Origin: Macrostomum lignano
Taxonomy: Eukaryota
Reading direction: 5' to 3'
Assembly (NCBI GenBank): GCA_002269645.1
Contig: NIVC01000872.1
Coordinates: 62,001-126,000 of the forward strand
DNA length: 64,000 nt
Shown: positions 1 to 39,800 of the stretch, one piece after another
How the letters are laid out: each line of letters opens with the position of its first letter
Position numbering within the stretch: position 1 is the stretch's first letter
Notes under the pieces: model-generated
What the model was told of the DNA's origin: nothing
The model's database searches: none
What the model saw: the letters and a program-made list of their open reading frames with translations, nothing else
Position numbers and translations under genes: made by a program

Positions 1-680
1 GTTGATGACAGATATGTACGCTCGTACTTTTACATTACATCGACAGATAACGAACAACGTGATATGTCGGCTGAACCTTGGATTGCAGTACAGGAGTGGA
101 CGCCAGCTAGAGGGGGTTTCAATCATATTTGCAATCGCTCTGTGCATACAAAACAATAACAACATAAATTGAGATTATACCAACAGATATCTCCACTGAT
201 TAATGTAAATTTAGATTGAGGCGAACTGAAAATCAGTGCTTACACATATCTACCGAGTTTGCATTTGCACCCGCCATACCGCTTCATTTCTTTTATGTTG
301 CTCGTCCAATCTATCCTATTTTTCTCTCCGTCTCACGTTGCCCCGCCGCGTCCGCTGACTGAATCCCATCCATCCGACGTCACTCCTTCATCCCATTCGG
401 GATTGTTTATCCGGTCTAATTAATTGGCTGCGGGAGCGCACAGATTGTAGGGAAGTTGCAAATTCACCCGCAGACTAAACTGACGCAAATCACTCCCCTT
501 TATAACTATTTATGCGCCCAGAAGCTTCAGATCACCCTATGATTAATAGGCAATGTGCAAAACTACAGAAAATACTTTCCAGATTCTGTCATCGTAGTGT
601 AGCAGGCTTAGCTCGTACTATGGCCGTACCTTTCCCTTCGATTGTGCGTCAAGTATAAAGCCATTAGAAATTCCATCTTT

Positions 681-1186
681 CCCCCGGTGCTGGCGCCCCC
701 GGTGCTGGCGCCCCCGGTGCTGGCGCCCCCGGTGCTGGCGCCCCCGGTGCTGGCGCCCCCGGTGCTGGCGCCCCCGGTGCTGGCGCCCCCGGTGCTGGCG
801 CCCCCGGTGCTGGCGCCCCCGGTGCTGGCGCCCCCGGTGCTGGCGCCCCCGGTGCTGGCGCCCCCGGTGCTGGCGCCCCCGGTGCTGGCGCCCCGGTGCT
901 GGCGCCCCCGGTGCTGGCGCCCCGGTGCTGGCGCCCCCGGTGCTGGCGCCCCCGGTGCTGGCGCCCCCGGTGCTGGCGCCCCCGGTGCTGGCGCCCCCGG
1001 TGCTGGCGCCCCCGGTGCTGGCGCCCCCGGTGCTGGCGCCCCCGGTGCTGGCGCCCCCGGTGCTGGCGCCCCGGTGCTGGCGCCCCCGGTGCTGGCGCCC
1101 CCGGTGCTGGCGCCCCCGGTGCTGGCGCCCCCGGTGCTGGCGCCCCCGGTGCTGGCGCCCCCGGTGCTGGCGCCCCCGGTGCTGGC
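681..1186. repeat. 15-bp GC-rich minisatellite (CCCCCGGTGCTGGCG)n, ~34 copies, left of the RTE insertion
   Basis: Direct reading. Units are near identical; three have CCCC instead of CCCCC (near 891, 920, 1069). Confidence 0.97.
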
Positions 1187-1720
1187 TTGCCTGGGCTGCC
1201 TTTCGTTCTGTGAGGGCAGTCCTGCAGTCCGAGGCCCTACCGGACCGTCAGAGGGCGGCGCTGTTCCAGGCGGTAATCGAGACCGTCCTGCTGTACAACG
1301 CCGAGACCTGGACGCTGACGGACTCACTCGAACAGCAAGTCGATGCGGAGCACGCTGGCCTGCTGCGCGCCGCCTTCAACATCGGCGTCGAGCGAGTCAA
1401 CAATGCGGCACTATCGCCGCGCTGGCCTGCCACGTCCAAGCGATCTACTGCGCCGTCGGCGACTCCAGCTAGCAGGCCATCTCATCCGCGCCGAGTCGTA
1501 CTGCCCACAGCCGGTGCAGGAGGTGCTGCTGCTCACGCTGCAGGCACCCTACCGGCGAGGTCAAGCGCAAACTCGGCGTTACGTCGACTGTCTGCTGGCT
1601 GACGCCGGCGCCCCGGACACTGCCGGTGGCGCGGCCTTTGTTCGCGCCCAAGCCATGAAGCGCGCCCTGTGACGCTGGCTTTTGCCATTCTGACAGCGTA
1701 TTTTGTTGTTGTTGTTGTTG
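1187..1720 (+). mobile_element. 5'-truncated RTE-clade non-LTR retrotransposon (post-RT C-terminus, 3' UTR, (TTG)6 tail)
   Basis: Translation gives ..LFQAVIETVLLYNAETWTLT..LLRAAFNI..VNNAAL / (frameshift ~1412) YRRAGLPRPSDLLRRRRLQLAGHLIR..RRGQAQTRRYVDCL*, matching the RTE pattern LLYGxETW..LYxR..RRLxxxGH..RGRP. Stop at 1670-1672; (TTG)6 tail at 1703-1720. Confidence 0.85.
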
Positions 1721-1799
1721 GCGCCCCCGGTGCTGGCGCCCCCGGTGCTGACGCCCCCGGTGCTGGCGCCCCCGGTGCTGGCGCCCCCGGTGCTGGCGC
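1721..1799. repeat. Continuation of the same 15-bp minisatellite, ~5 copies
   Basis: Same unit resumes immediately after the (TTG)n tail. Confidence 0.95.
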
Positions 1800-2759
1800 T
1801 CGCATCATTAAACATCAATCAACACGGGCCCTAACACTGTCATTGTCTACTTGTTAGTTTAAGAAACAATAATGCTTTCTTTTCTTATGTTTTTTCTAAT
1901 GCATCTTTTCGCACTACTTATATCCGGACAAGTAGATACTTTTGTGCTCAAGCATAAAATTTAACTCAATAAAGTAGACGCAGTTTATATTGGAAAGCAT
2001 TGAGCAATAGCTAAATCATTTTTGAACAAGTCTGCCTGTCGATAGTTACGTAGGCGTACGGGACACGCTATGTTCTCAATAATTTAAGTCCATAGGACAG
2101 TCTGCCGATATCCCATGTGCTCAGTTCAAACATTTACTCAGCGAGCCCAATGCACACTATGGAGTTGCATACAGAAATTGCTTGTCTAATCAGGCGCAAA
2201 ATTGCGTGTCCCTTGCGCAGACATACGAGTGTAGCATTAACCGTACCTGTCTACTAAAAACCACTTAGATGTATAAGTCACAAATTGCGTCCTAGGATAA
2301 GCTTCAAATGAAGCTCAGACCAGGGACTTTTGCGATATAAATTTACCATAGAAAGAAGGGACTGGAAACACGGCTTTAGTGGGAAAGAAATCAGTAAGTC
2401 TAACGACGGACGCATTAACGAATGAAGAAACAAAAGAACGAGAGGACTGCAACCCAAAAAATCAGAGAACCAGAAAACAAGAGTGCAGAAGAACAGAAGC
2501 ATTGATGGCGGCAACTGAAAAAAGTCGGTAGGTGTATCAGTCGGACGTTTTCGTCCCTTATTGTTAACCATTTCGGCTCCCGGAAGCCAATTCTCCATAT
2601 TATCGACTTTTTTTCTAGCTGAGAGGGAGCTTTCTGAGTGGGGTATGCGATTTTGAGTAGGATTGGCCATAGACAAACCTCGATATGGATGAAATGTATC
2701 AAGAAATATAAAAGATTCATGGAATAAATACGATAGAAATATTTCGATTCGACTTAGCA

Positions 2760-3027
2760 GAGCTCGTGGATGAATAATATAGCTCGTAACTGAATTGCCA
2801 AAAGCTAGATTTTTTTGTCCTAGCCATAGACAAGCACCAGCATCACACAAGAAGCTCAGAATGCCGTACTTTCACGTACAAGTACGTGTAACATACGTGC
2901 CACATGCGACTTGTGATCCCATTTTGAGCATCTTGTGATGCTGGTGCTTGTCTATGGCTAGGATAAAAAAATCGTGCTATCGACGATCCAGTTATATTAT
3001 TCATCCATGGAGAGCTCCTTAATGTGC
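2760..3027. mobile_element. Foldback/palindromic element (MITE-like relic)
   Basis: Inner arms 2808-2862 and 2921-2973 are reverse complements (3 substitutions, one 2-bp indel). Outer arms also pair (GTGGATGAATAATATA / TATATTATTCATCCAT). Confidence 0.6.
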
Positions 3028-3719
3028 CCTAAAGTTGGAACCGATATCGGGGGGGGGGATTCTACCACAGACTATCTTCTTTCGTGAATCACTTCACTCT
3101 TACCTATCTTGAATCACAGCCAGCATCGATCATCAGTATAGTGAAACATCTGCATCCTAACCTCGGGCCTAGTTAGAACCTAGGATCAAACTTTGCATTG
3201 TAAAACAACCCCTCCACTTTCCAAAAATGTTGCGAAGAAATTCATTTTCTGCAAGCGGCTGATGGAAATGACGGCTTCTGGGCATGCTTCTCTCTACAGC
3301 AGTGACTCTTGTCGCCTTGTTTCTTTCTCTTGCTCCGTCTTTTGTCTTAAAAAGGCTGTGCAGCTCCGTGGACAATGCTGTCAAATGAGAGCTGCCACCA
3401 AACAGTGGCTGCATGCGCGCGGGCACTTCAGCTCTCACCAATGTTCCACCGCCACCAGCTGCAAAACTGGCTAGAATAGTACGCTGCTAGCCCCCCTCCC
3501 CCAACAAACACTTCTCTAGCTAAGCCAACCCCCGGGGCCAACAATATTGTGAATACGTTGGATTGGCCGATTGGGCCACTATATGCCTGGGAGGAGTGGG
3601 AGGTGTCCCCGACCCATGCAGCGGACCCAACTGGTCCCGCGCAAATTCAGTCCCTCTAATCGTGCTCTCGGCTGACACTTCTCTCACCGTCCTATGCGGT
3701 TCTTCCTTGACCTACCTCC

Positions 3720-3721
<2 letters not shown>

Positions 3722-3761
<40 letters not shown>
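3722..3761. repeat. (CT)20 microsatellite
   Basis: Direct reading. Confidence 0.95.
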
Positions 3762-3765
<4 letters not shown>

Positions 3766-4705
3766 GCCTCCCTACCGCCTCCAACCATACTCACCGTGTA
3801 TTTTCTAAGTGGCAGGGGACACCCCGGGCCAGTAATTCGCCCCGAGCAGGCAGGATATAAAGAGCTATAATGGGCTACGTCCGACTACAACGCGTACCTG
3901 ACGCAGCTCTCGTCCTGCCCCAGCTACCGATCTTTCTTGCCCGTTTTTTTCCATTGTTTCCTCTGTGCCAATTGTGCCGAGCAGCCGCTTTGGAGCATTG
4001 TGTTCGGTGCTTAGCACCAACGTATAGTCACAAAACAAAGATCGTTTTGCTCCCACATCCGACGATTTCTGCAACCGGAAGTACCTCCAGAAGCAGCAGA
4101 AGAGTTTTCTTCAGTTCACAGTATTAGTAGTGAACAGCCAAGGATCCAACTTGTATATAGAATAGTCCACTGCAGCTCATAAGTTCCCCATTGTCCCGTA
4201 GGCCAACATCTTGTCAAATCCGCTCTGAGGCCCCTGAAGCCATTTTGATTCGGGCGGATAATTTTATAGCTTAGGCTACTGAAACTTTCCGCCCTCTATC
4301 GGGTCGTTATCTTCTCAGCTCTGCAGCTAGTTCACTTCTCCAATTTTAATCCCCTGGCTATAGCAAACTCTGTGTCTCCCTTTTCCCAACCGCTGTCTCC
4401 AATAGCAGCAGCATCTTCAGCAGCCTGTCGCGCTAGGAAAACACACTAGCCAGCCTCTATTTCTCCATAGGGAACTGCAGTCCGAAAAGGGGAAGGAGAG
4501 AGGGAAGAAGGCCAGAGAGAGGGAATCCTGTGAGTGGTCGGGCAGTCCTCGCTCTTCTGAAAAATAGAGCGCGCAAGTGACGGGAGCACACAGGGGCAGG
4601 CAAGACGGAAATTTCCCCTCCCAATCTACTCCGACTGTAGGATCCCTGCCCCAACCTCCGCCTGCTGAACCCCTCCCAGCCCTCGATCTATTGAAATATC
4701 CTGGC

Positions 4706-32236
<27,531 letters not shown>

Positions 32237-33862
32237 TTTTTTTTATTGACGGAGCTAGCAACGACAGCTGTATGGTTGGTGCATAAATGTATTCCATGAA
32301 AGCCGTTGAAATCCGGAAGGTCTGTTAAAGCTACTTTTTTAAACAAGTTTTCTCTGCGATGAGGCTAAGATTTTTATTGGATCGTAGGCATCACGTTTTC
32401 GGGTTTCGAATTTTGCTTCATTATTAAATTTGTTTTTTTCGACCCATTACTCATTTCTCTTTTGATATATTGTCAATTCTGATTCCGGAACCAGAATCAG
32501 TTTGCAAAGTTCTTTGCCGCTAGATTTAGTAGTGGAAGTGGTTATTTTTTAAATAAATTACTTTAACGTAGCTAGCTAAAATTCGGCATAATATTGCTTA
32601 TATTCAAAAACAAAGCATACAAAGTATTTTCCTTTGATAATTCTGGTTCCGGAATCACGTCATTAAAATCCTTTGTTGCAAACTGAACTGATTATAATCG
32701 ATTAAAGTATGTTTCAACATTTATTTTTTACTGCTGAGGTGAGATTCTTTAAAAAATAATGAATAACTACTAAATTTAAGCAGTCGGGAACCTAGCTGCA
32801 TAGCAATATTTTGTGTTTTGTTGTTTTGTTTCATGCAGTGCCAGTCCTACTGTAGTTGTTATCTTGCCTAATTAGCAAAAATCGTTGAGTAAGAAATCTC
32901 AGAACAGTAAATTCCGTCAATATTCGCCGAACAGCTAATTTTCGGGCTAATTGTTCCGTTTTTTTCACTTATGCTAAATGCTTTCTGTTCAGTAAAAGTG
33001 TGCTTTTAGTGAAATTAACTTGTACTGTATATAAAAATAACATATTTGGTATTGTAATTTGCATGATGTCTTCTAATTGTGCAATAGCTGATAAATAAAG
33101 CCGCTACAACTAAGTTCGAATTAAAATCCAGTTTTTTACTATTAGAAAGCCGTTAAAAGTTTTTATGACCAACTTTTTTTAAGCTGAGAAGTAGTGAGAC
33201 TCTGGCGGTTTTTTACTTGTCTTTGAATTTGGTAATTGACGGCTTCAGTAAATAAATTTGACTCATGTATAATTTTAGCGAGCAGCGATAAGCATGCAAC
33301 CGTTAAGGGAATGGTCTGGGAGATACAATTGAAGAATAATCTTGTCTAAAGACTCTCAATGTGTAAATTAGCAAGTATTTTTACAGTACGCTCGTACGGC
33401 ACTTTCTTAAAAAGCACACAGTAAAACAAATACAAAAGTACGGGCGCAAATTTTAGGCCGAAGCAGTTAACTATCACTAGTAGTATCTATATAGTATCTG
33501 TGATTATATGCAATTATTATTATTAAATACTTTTATTAATACAATAATAAATATATCCCGACTGTAAAAATGTTTAAAACAATTGAATATCGACATCGTA
33601 AAAACTTAGTTAAAACGATGTGCCGTTTAAATACGAAGGGGCTAATTAGATACTAACTCGTCTGTCTTAAAACGGAAGGCGTTTAAAAGACGATAGAAAA
33701 GCGATATTACGTGCATACAGCAGTAGTTATTTTTAGAAACTGTTTTTTAGAATTCCAAATAGTTATAAGAACAAAACTATCAGACATACAAAGTAAACAA
33801 AGTTACGTCGTATATCATTAATCTAAACGCTTAAGAAGCAAGCATAACTAAATATGCAGCTA

Positions 33863-36800
33863 TCATTCAATATTGATTTCACCGCCAAACACAGCAATCA
33901 GCAGAATGAGCCCGTAGCCCAATAGCAGGCCAATGTTCTGCAGTAAGAAAATTTTCCATCTGTTCAGACCAAAGGATTTGGCCGTGTCCATCGCTGAGTT
34001 CACTTCGGGCATCTGGAAGTAAGCATGAGGATTGGACGGTTTGGCGGTATTACACCTGCGGCTATTTTGCCAACGAATTCGGGTTCTTATGGGACTAGAT
34101 TCTATACAGAGTAGATTCGCGTGGGATTAGATTTTTAAAGGATTGGATTCTCAAAGGATTGGATTCTCAAAGGATTGGATTCTCAAAGGATTGGATTCTC
34201 AAAGGATTGGATTCTCAAAGGATTGGATTCTCAAAAGAACTAGATTCTCCAGGGACTAGATCCTCATATAAATAGATTCTCAAAGGACTAGATTCTCATT
34301 GGATTAATACTAGTTTTTCATTTGACTATAGATTTTCAAAGGACTAGATTCTTAAGGGACTAGATTCTTAAGGAACTAACTAGTTTCTCATGTAACTAGA
34401 TTCTCAAGGAACTAGATTCTCAAGCGACTAGATTCTCAAGGAACTAGATTCTTTAAGGACTAGTTCTCAAAGGACTAGATTCTCTAAGGACTAGATTCTC
34501 AAGGGACTAACTAGTTTCTCATGCGACTAGATTCTCAAGGAACTAGATTCTCAAGGAACTAGATTCTCTAAGGGACTAGATTCTCAAAGGAACTAGATTC
34601 TCAAAGGAACTAGATTCTCAAGGGACTAGATTCTCAAAGGAACTAGATTCTCATGGGAGTCGATTCTCAAAGGAACTAGATTCTCAAGGAACTAGATTCT
34701 CAAGCGACTAACTAGTTTCTCATGCGACTAGATTCTCAAGGAACTAGATTCTTTAAGGACTAGTTCTCAAAGGACTAGATTCTCTAAGGATTAGTTTCTC
34801 ATGCGACTAGATTCTCAAGGAACTAGATTCTCAAGGAACTAGATTCTCAAGGAACTAGATTCTCTAAGGGACTAGATTCTCAAAGGAACTAGATTCTCAA
34901 GGGACTAGATTCTCAAAGGAACTAGATTCTCATGGGAGTCGATTCTCAAAGGAACTAGAGTCTCAAGGGACTAGATTCTCAAAGGAACTAGAGTCTCAAG
35001 GGACTAGATTCTCAAAGGAATTAGATTTTCAAGGGACTAGATTCTCAAAAGACTATATTCTCATATAAATAGATTCTAAAAGGACTAGATTCTCAAGGGA
35101 CTAACTAGTTTCTCATGCGACTAGATTCTCAAGGAACTAGATTCTATTGTCGGAGGAGGAGCTGCGACCCCCTGACTTCACTGCATAAGAGCTGAAATTA
35201 TTCTCACCATGTCAACCAGACTGATGTAGAGAAACATTCCCCCGCCGGCCGCGAAGATCCAAACGCTGAATCCGACCTCTCCAGAAGCACGCCAATTGCG
35301 AAACCAACATAGCAGACGCAGGCGGACAGCATATTGGATACGGCAGCCATCGGGATGGACATGCCAGCCGACAACAGGATGGCGAAGTCGCCTAGTTCGT
35401 GGGGCAGCTCCTCGCACAGGACGGCCAGTCCTATGCTCACGCCAGTCATTGGGGATCGAGCGAACGCCGCGCCGAGGCTAATCCCGTCGATGAAGTTGTG
35501 CAGCGAGTCGCCAAGCAGAATCATCCAGGCCACGGGCTGCACGCTGGCAAGTCGTGCGCGCAGTTTAGCAGCTCGTCCAGTTGGAACTGCGTCGTCGACT
35601 GTTCTTCTTCCAGACAGGCCGGCTTCGATTTCTGGCTCAGCTTGAGTCCGCATCTCGATATTGTTGTTGATGCTTTTATTGAGCTCCTGCTCCTGCTCAG
35701 TCTCAACTCCGTGCGTATGAACATGCTGCAGGCCACTGCCGTTCGACTTAAAAATTGATAGAATTATCAAATCAATTAAGTTCAGCTCATGCAGCCGGAC
35801 TGTTAATCGTACGTTCACAATCGGCTAGATTTTGTCGCAAATTTATAAATTTATGAATTCACAAGCATAAATTCGTACTTAAGACTTATCACTAGAGCTC
35901 AGACCGTGACCGCGTATACTTTTAATTTGAATTCGTGCCAAAAAGGGTTATTATCTTACTCACCGCAAAGTACAAATAAATTATTTTTAATTATACTAGA
36001 GTTAAGAGTGAAAGAGTGTCTTTTATTTTTTTACTACTACATGTATTTGCATTTACACTTTACGAATTTTGGCGCGAATTTAAATTGAACTTTGCATATA
36101 CTGATACTGTCGCTTGATATATACTTTTTGATGCAAACGGAACTTCATTCATTAGTAAGTGGTGCAGGATTAGAAAAAGCGGCATGAAACAAAAAAAAAT
36201 TACAACGGCATCTAAGTCCTGAAGTTACTACTGTAATAGTAGCTAGGAAGACGATGATGGATCATGCCGCCAGAAACAGTAATGAAGTTTTGTTTTTACC
36301 ATCGGTTTGAAAATAAGCTGAAAAGCCTAATATCAAGCATAAATTATTGTAAAAAAAACTAAAAAACAATATTTCACCTAAAAATGTCGTTTTTATGCTA
36401 ATCCGTCATCTAAAGAAAAGAATTATTTTTTTGAAATCAAGGCAAATAAAGACAAAGCTTTAAAAAAGGAATGGCAAAGCTAAAGAACAAAATAAATACA
36501 TAGGCCAAAGTTCAATTTTTCCGCTTAACAATATTACGAACGTACAAGCGCTAAAAGTAAGAACCTTTGAACTTTGAAATTTAGGTACAAAATGTAAAAA
36601 CTGCCGATATTAGGACAACAATATTAACAACCTTTTAATTCTAGGAAACTGTAGAGAGCGAAGCCGAGAGAGAGAAAGTTATGTGTTGTGTGTAGCCGAT
36701 AAAGCCTCAATCTACTGTAGGCTCTGTGCGATCGATTTATATATTTAGCAGCGACCCTCCACTTGAGACTGCGTACATTAAAAACAGAAAGCCAAGAATA

Positions 36801-39800
36801 TTGGATGTACATCGGAAATGCACACCAGGATTAAAATCACTTATTATGCAAGCACTGGGCAGCAGGTACCTAAAGAAACTTAATTTTAAATGACTCACTC
36901 ACCCTTAATCTTAGTAGCTCTTTGAGTAGGCGCTCCAGCACATAGAACAGGTAGATTCCACCGAAAGCGAAGCAGCATCTCCAGAGGTACCAGGGCCTTG
37001 CAGACAGAAACTGGCTCCAGCCTTCTCGTTCAGCTTTTGTTGACGCGAACCGGCTGATGACGGAGTGAGCCGAATTCGTCTCCTCGTGTATGAAAGCCAA
37101 CTCAAACGACTGTTTTGGTGCAGTAGTGAAAATATGCACCAGTATGTTTCATTTGCAAACTCGTTTATTTAAAGGAATAATCTAAATACTAGTTTATCAT
37201 TATAATAGGTTCTCATATGCTTGATTCTAAAGAGAATAATTTCTCAATAGAGAGATTTACACGGACTAGGTTTTTAAAGGACTAGATTCTTAAGGAAATT
37301 GAGATTCGTAAAGCAATAGGTTCCTTTTGGACTAGATTCTCATGAGACTAGATTCTCATGGGACTAGATTCTCATGGGACTAGATTCTCATGCGACTAGA
37401 TTCTTATGGGACTAGATTCTCATGGGACTAGATTCTCAGGGGACTAGATTCTCATGGGACTAGATTCTCATGGGACTAGCTTCTCATGGGACTAGATTCT
37501 CATGGGACTAGCTTCTCATGGGACTAGACTCTCAATGGACTATAGATTCTCAATGGACTAGATTCTCAATGGACTAGATTCTCAAAGGACTAGATTCTCA
37601 TGGGACTATATTCTCATAGGAATAATTTCTCATGGATCTAGATTCTCATAGAACTAGATTCTCATGAGACTAGATTCTTATCGGAATAGATTTTTATGAG
37701 ACTAGATTTTCAAGACACTAGGTCCTCATGGGTCTAAATTCTCATGATACTAAATTATTATGGGACTAGATTCTGATGGATCTAGGTTCTCATGGACCTA
37801 GATTATCAAGGCATTTAGATTATCAAAGGACTAGATTATCAAGGGACTAGATTCTCATGGGACTAAATTTTAAGGGAACTAGATTCTCCAGCGATTAGGT
37901 TCTCAGCATAACAAGTTACACTGGAGGTCACGAGACGAAGTAGACTTCCTGCTCAATTGTTAGCATTGTAAACGGCAAAACGAATGAACTGCAGTTAATT
38001 GCTTGTTATCGAGTGGGATAGTGAAGCGAGCGTGTAAAACTGAAAACTCCGAATTAGGCAAAGTGTTCGGTCGGTTTTACGCGAATACTTTGCTAGATAA
38101 GATTGATAGTGGAACTTGCTGTAAAATAATACCAGACTTACAATTTACAAAAGCGGCCATTCAAAACTGAAGGTAGGCAGTACTCTGTACTGTGTGTGCT
38201 TTGATAACCACGACTAGTAATTGAGTTGTTGCTAGACTCGGGTTTGGAGGTGGGTTATTTTACTGTATGTGAAATCAGTCGTTTCTAAAACAGACAATTC
38301 AACGTTCTACAAGCTATTACAGAATGTGAAAGTCTAATGTGAATTTCACATAGATTACACACATCATAAAGGTTCTTATTTTAGCGCTGCAGGCGCCGCC
38401 ATTTTGACGGTAACTTGACGTCTCCATTTCTCAAATTCAACACGATGGCCTGCGTCTCTGGGTGGAACAATTTTGGCTCAAAACTTTCACAGTTTTGTAC
38501 ATCAATCATGCGACTTAATAACTTATTTGATGGGGTGAGAACAGACCCTTGAGAGTTTGCGATTCTCGCTGACTCTGGATGTTACAATCAAACCAATCTA
38601 CGTTAAACGATCGATACGTCGATAGTAATATGATTACTTAATCATTTCGCAACGTGTCTATACGAATTTAGTGAAGAGTAGGCAAAAACGAACCGAGTGT
38701 GGCGACGGCGAGGCAACGAAAATCTAAAAAATCTTTGAAGAGAAAAATCTTTGATTAATTAACCAGTTGGTTTGCAATTCTAGCGTTAAACGATATATAT
38801 TCGTAGTTCAAAGCACATTTCGATACACTAGTACATGTAGCTACATGCACCTGTAAAAAGTGGTCTCAGATTTCATCTTTCTTTATTTTTTTCTTTCTCT
38901 CTCTGAAGACATGGCAGTTATTTTTGAAGACTTTTTCAGATTATGAGATTATTTAGTTCCGAAGCAGTTCAATTGGCGAGCACTGGCATAAGAGCGCACT
39001 TATCGTCACGCAAGCAGCACCAGAGCGCACAATTAGCTACATTCCTGTGGGCTGAGTAAAGCGACTGGATTACCAACTGTGTTACTTCGGCTGTCCGGAA
39101 AGTCGTGAGGATTTATTTTAAAAAGTTTTCAGAACTATCGGAAAACATTGTTAAAAGAATACTAGTTGAAAATTTAATCTGAAAATGCATTGATTACAAA
39201 GCTTCCCAATGGTCAACGAGTTGTTGAACCTCTCTTTTTAAGCAATATTCGTCAAAGTCTCTTGCCCACTGCAACGCAGCTTCTCGAACTTCATTGTGGT
39301 CGCTGAATGTGGTCAAAGATCCCCTTGGAAAAGCCGGGACCTGTTTTTTACCTTGCGCCCGTGTTGTTGAGGTACCACCTGCACGTCTCAGCTTCCACGT
39401 CGTACCTGTCGAAAGATTTTTCCATGCCCTAGCTGTAAAAAGCCTTCAAACAAAGTCCGACGAGGTCTCGGACACAAAAATTTTGGATCCTCTTCAACAA
39501 GAGCTCGGTAGGTCAATCCGAGGAGCTGCGACCAGTGGAACTGCTCCATCAACGAACATCGAGTACCATCTGTAAACCGTTGACTGACCTGGTGTCGCAT
39601 CTCCTTAAATTTTGATTAGCTCGTCATGACAACTGATACCGGAGATTTCAAGACTGTATAGAGGCATAAGCTTGAAAGTCTTCTATTTTAAAGAAATCAA
39701 AATTTGCAACCTTGATCGCTAGCTTGATCGGGTAGCAAGAATTTTTGCCATAGACACGCTCGTATACATGTGTATGGGTCTATTATTAAAATATGTGCGT

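Noticed and set aside
608-1327. Long ORFs (LAPPV, GAPGA, GGAST, RCWRP repeats)
   Set aside because: They are translations of the 15-bp minisatellite and shift frame at C-run indels. Only the RTE portion has homology.
3169-3474. Short ORFs possibly from a transposase
   Set aside because: No recognisable catalytic motif or termini.
3560-3580. Two inverted CCAAT boxes ~1.1 kb upstream of the KCNT ATG
   Set aside because: Short motifs, and the transcription start cannot be located from sequence alone.
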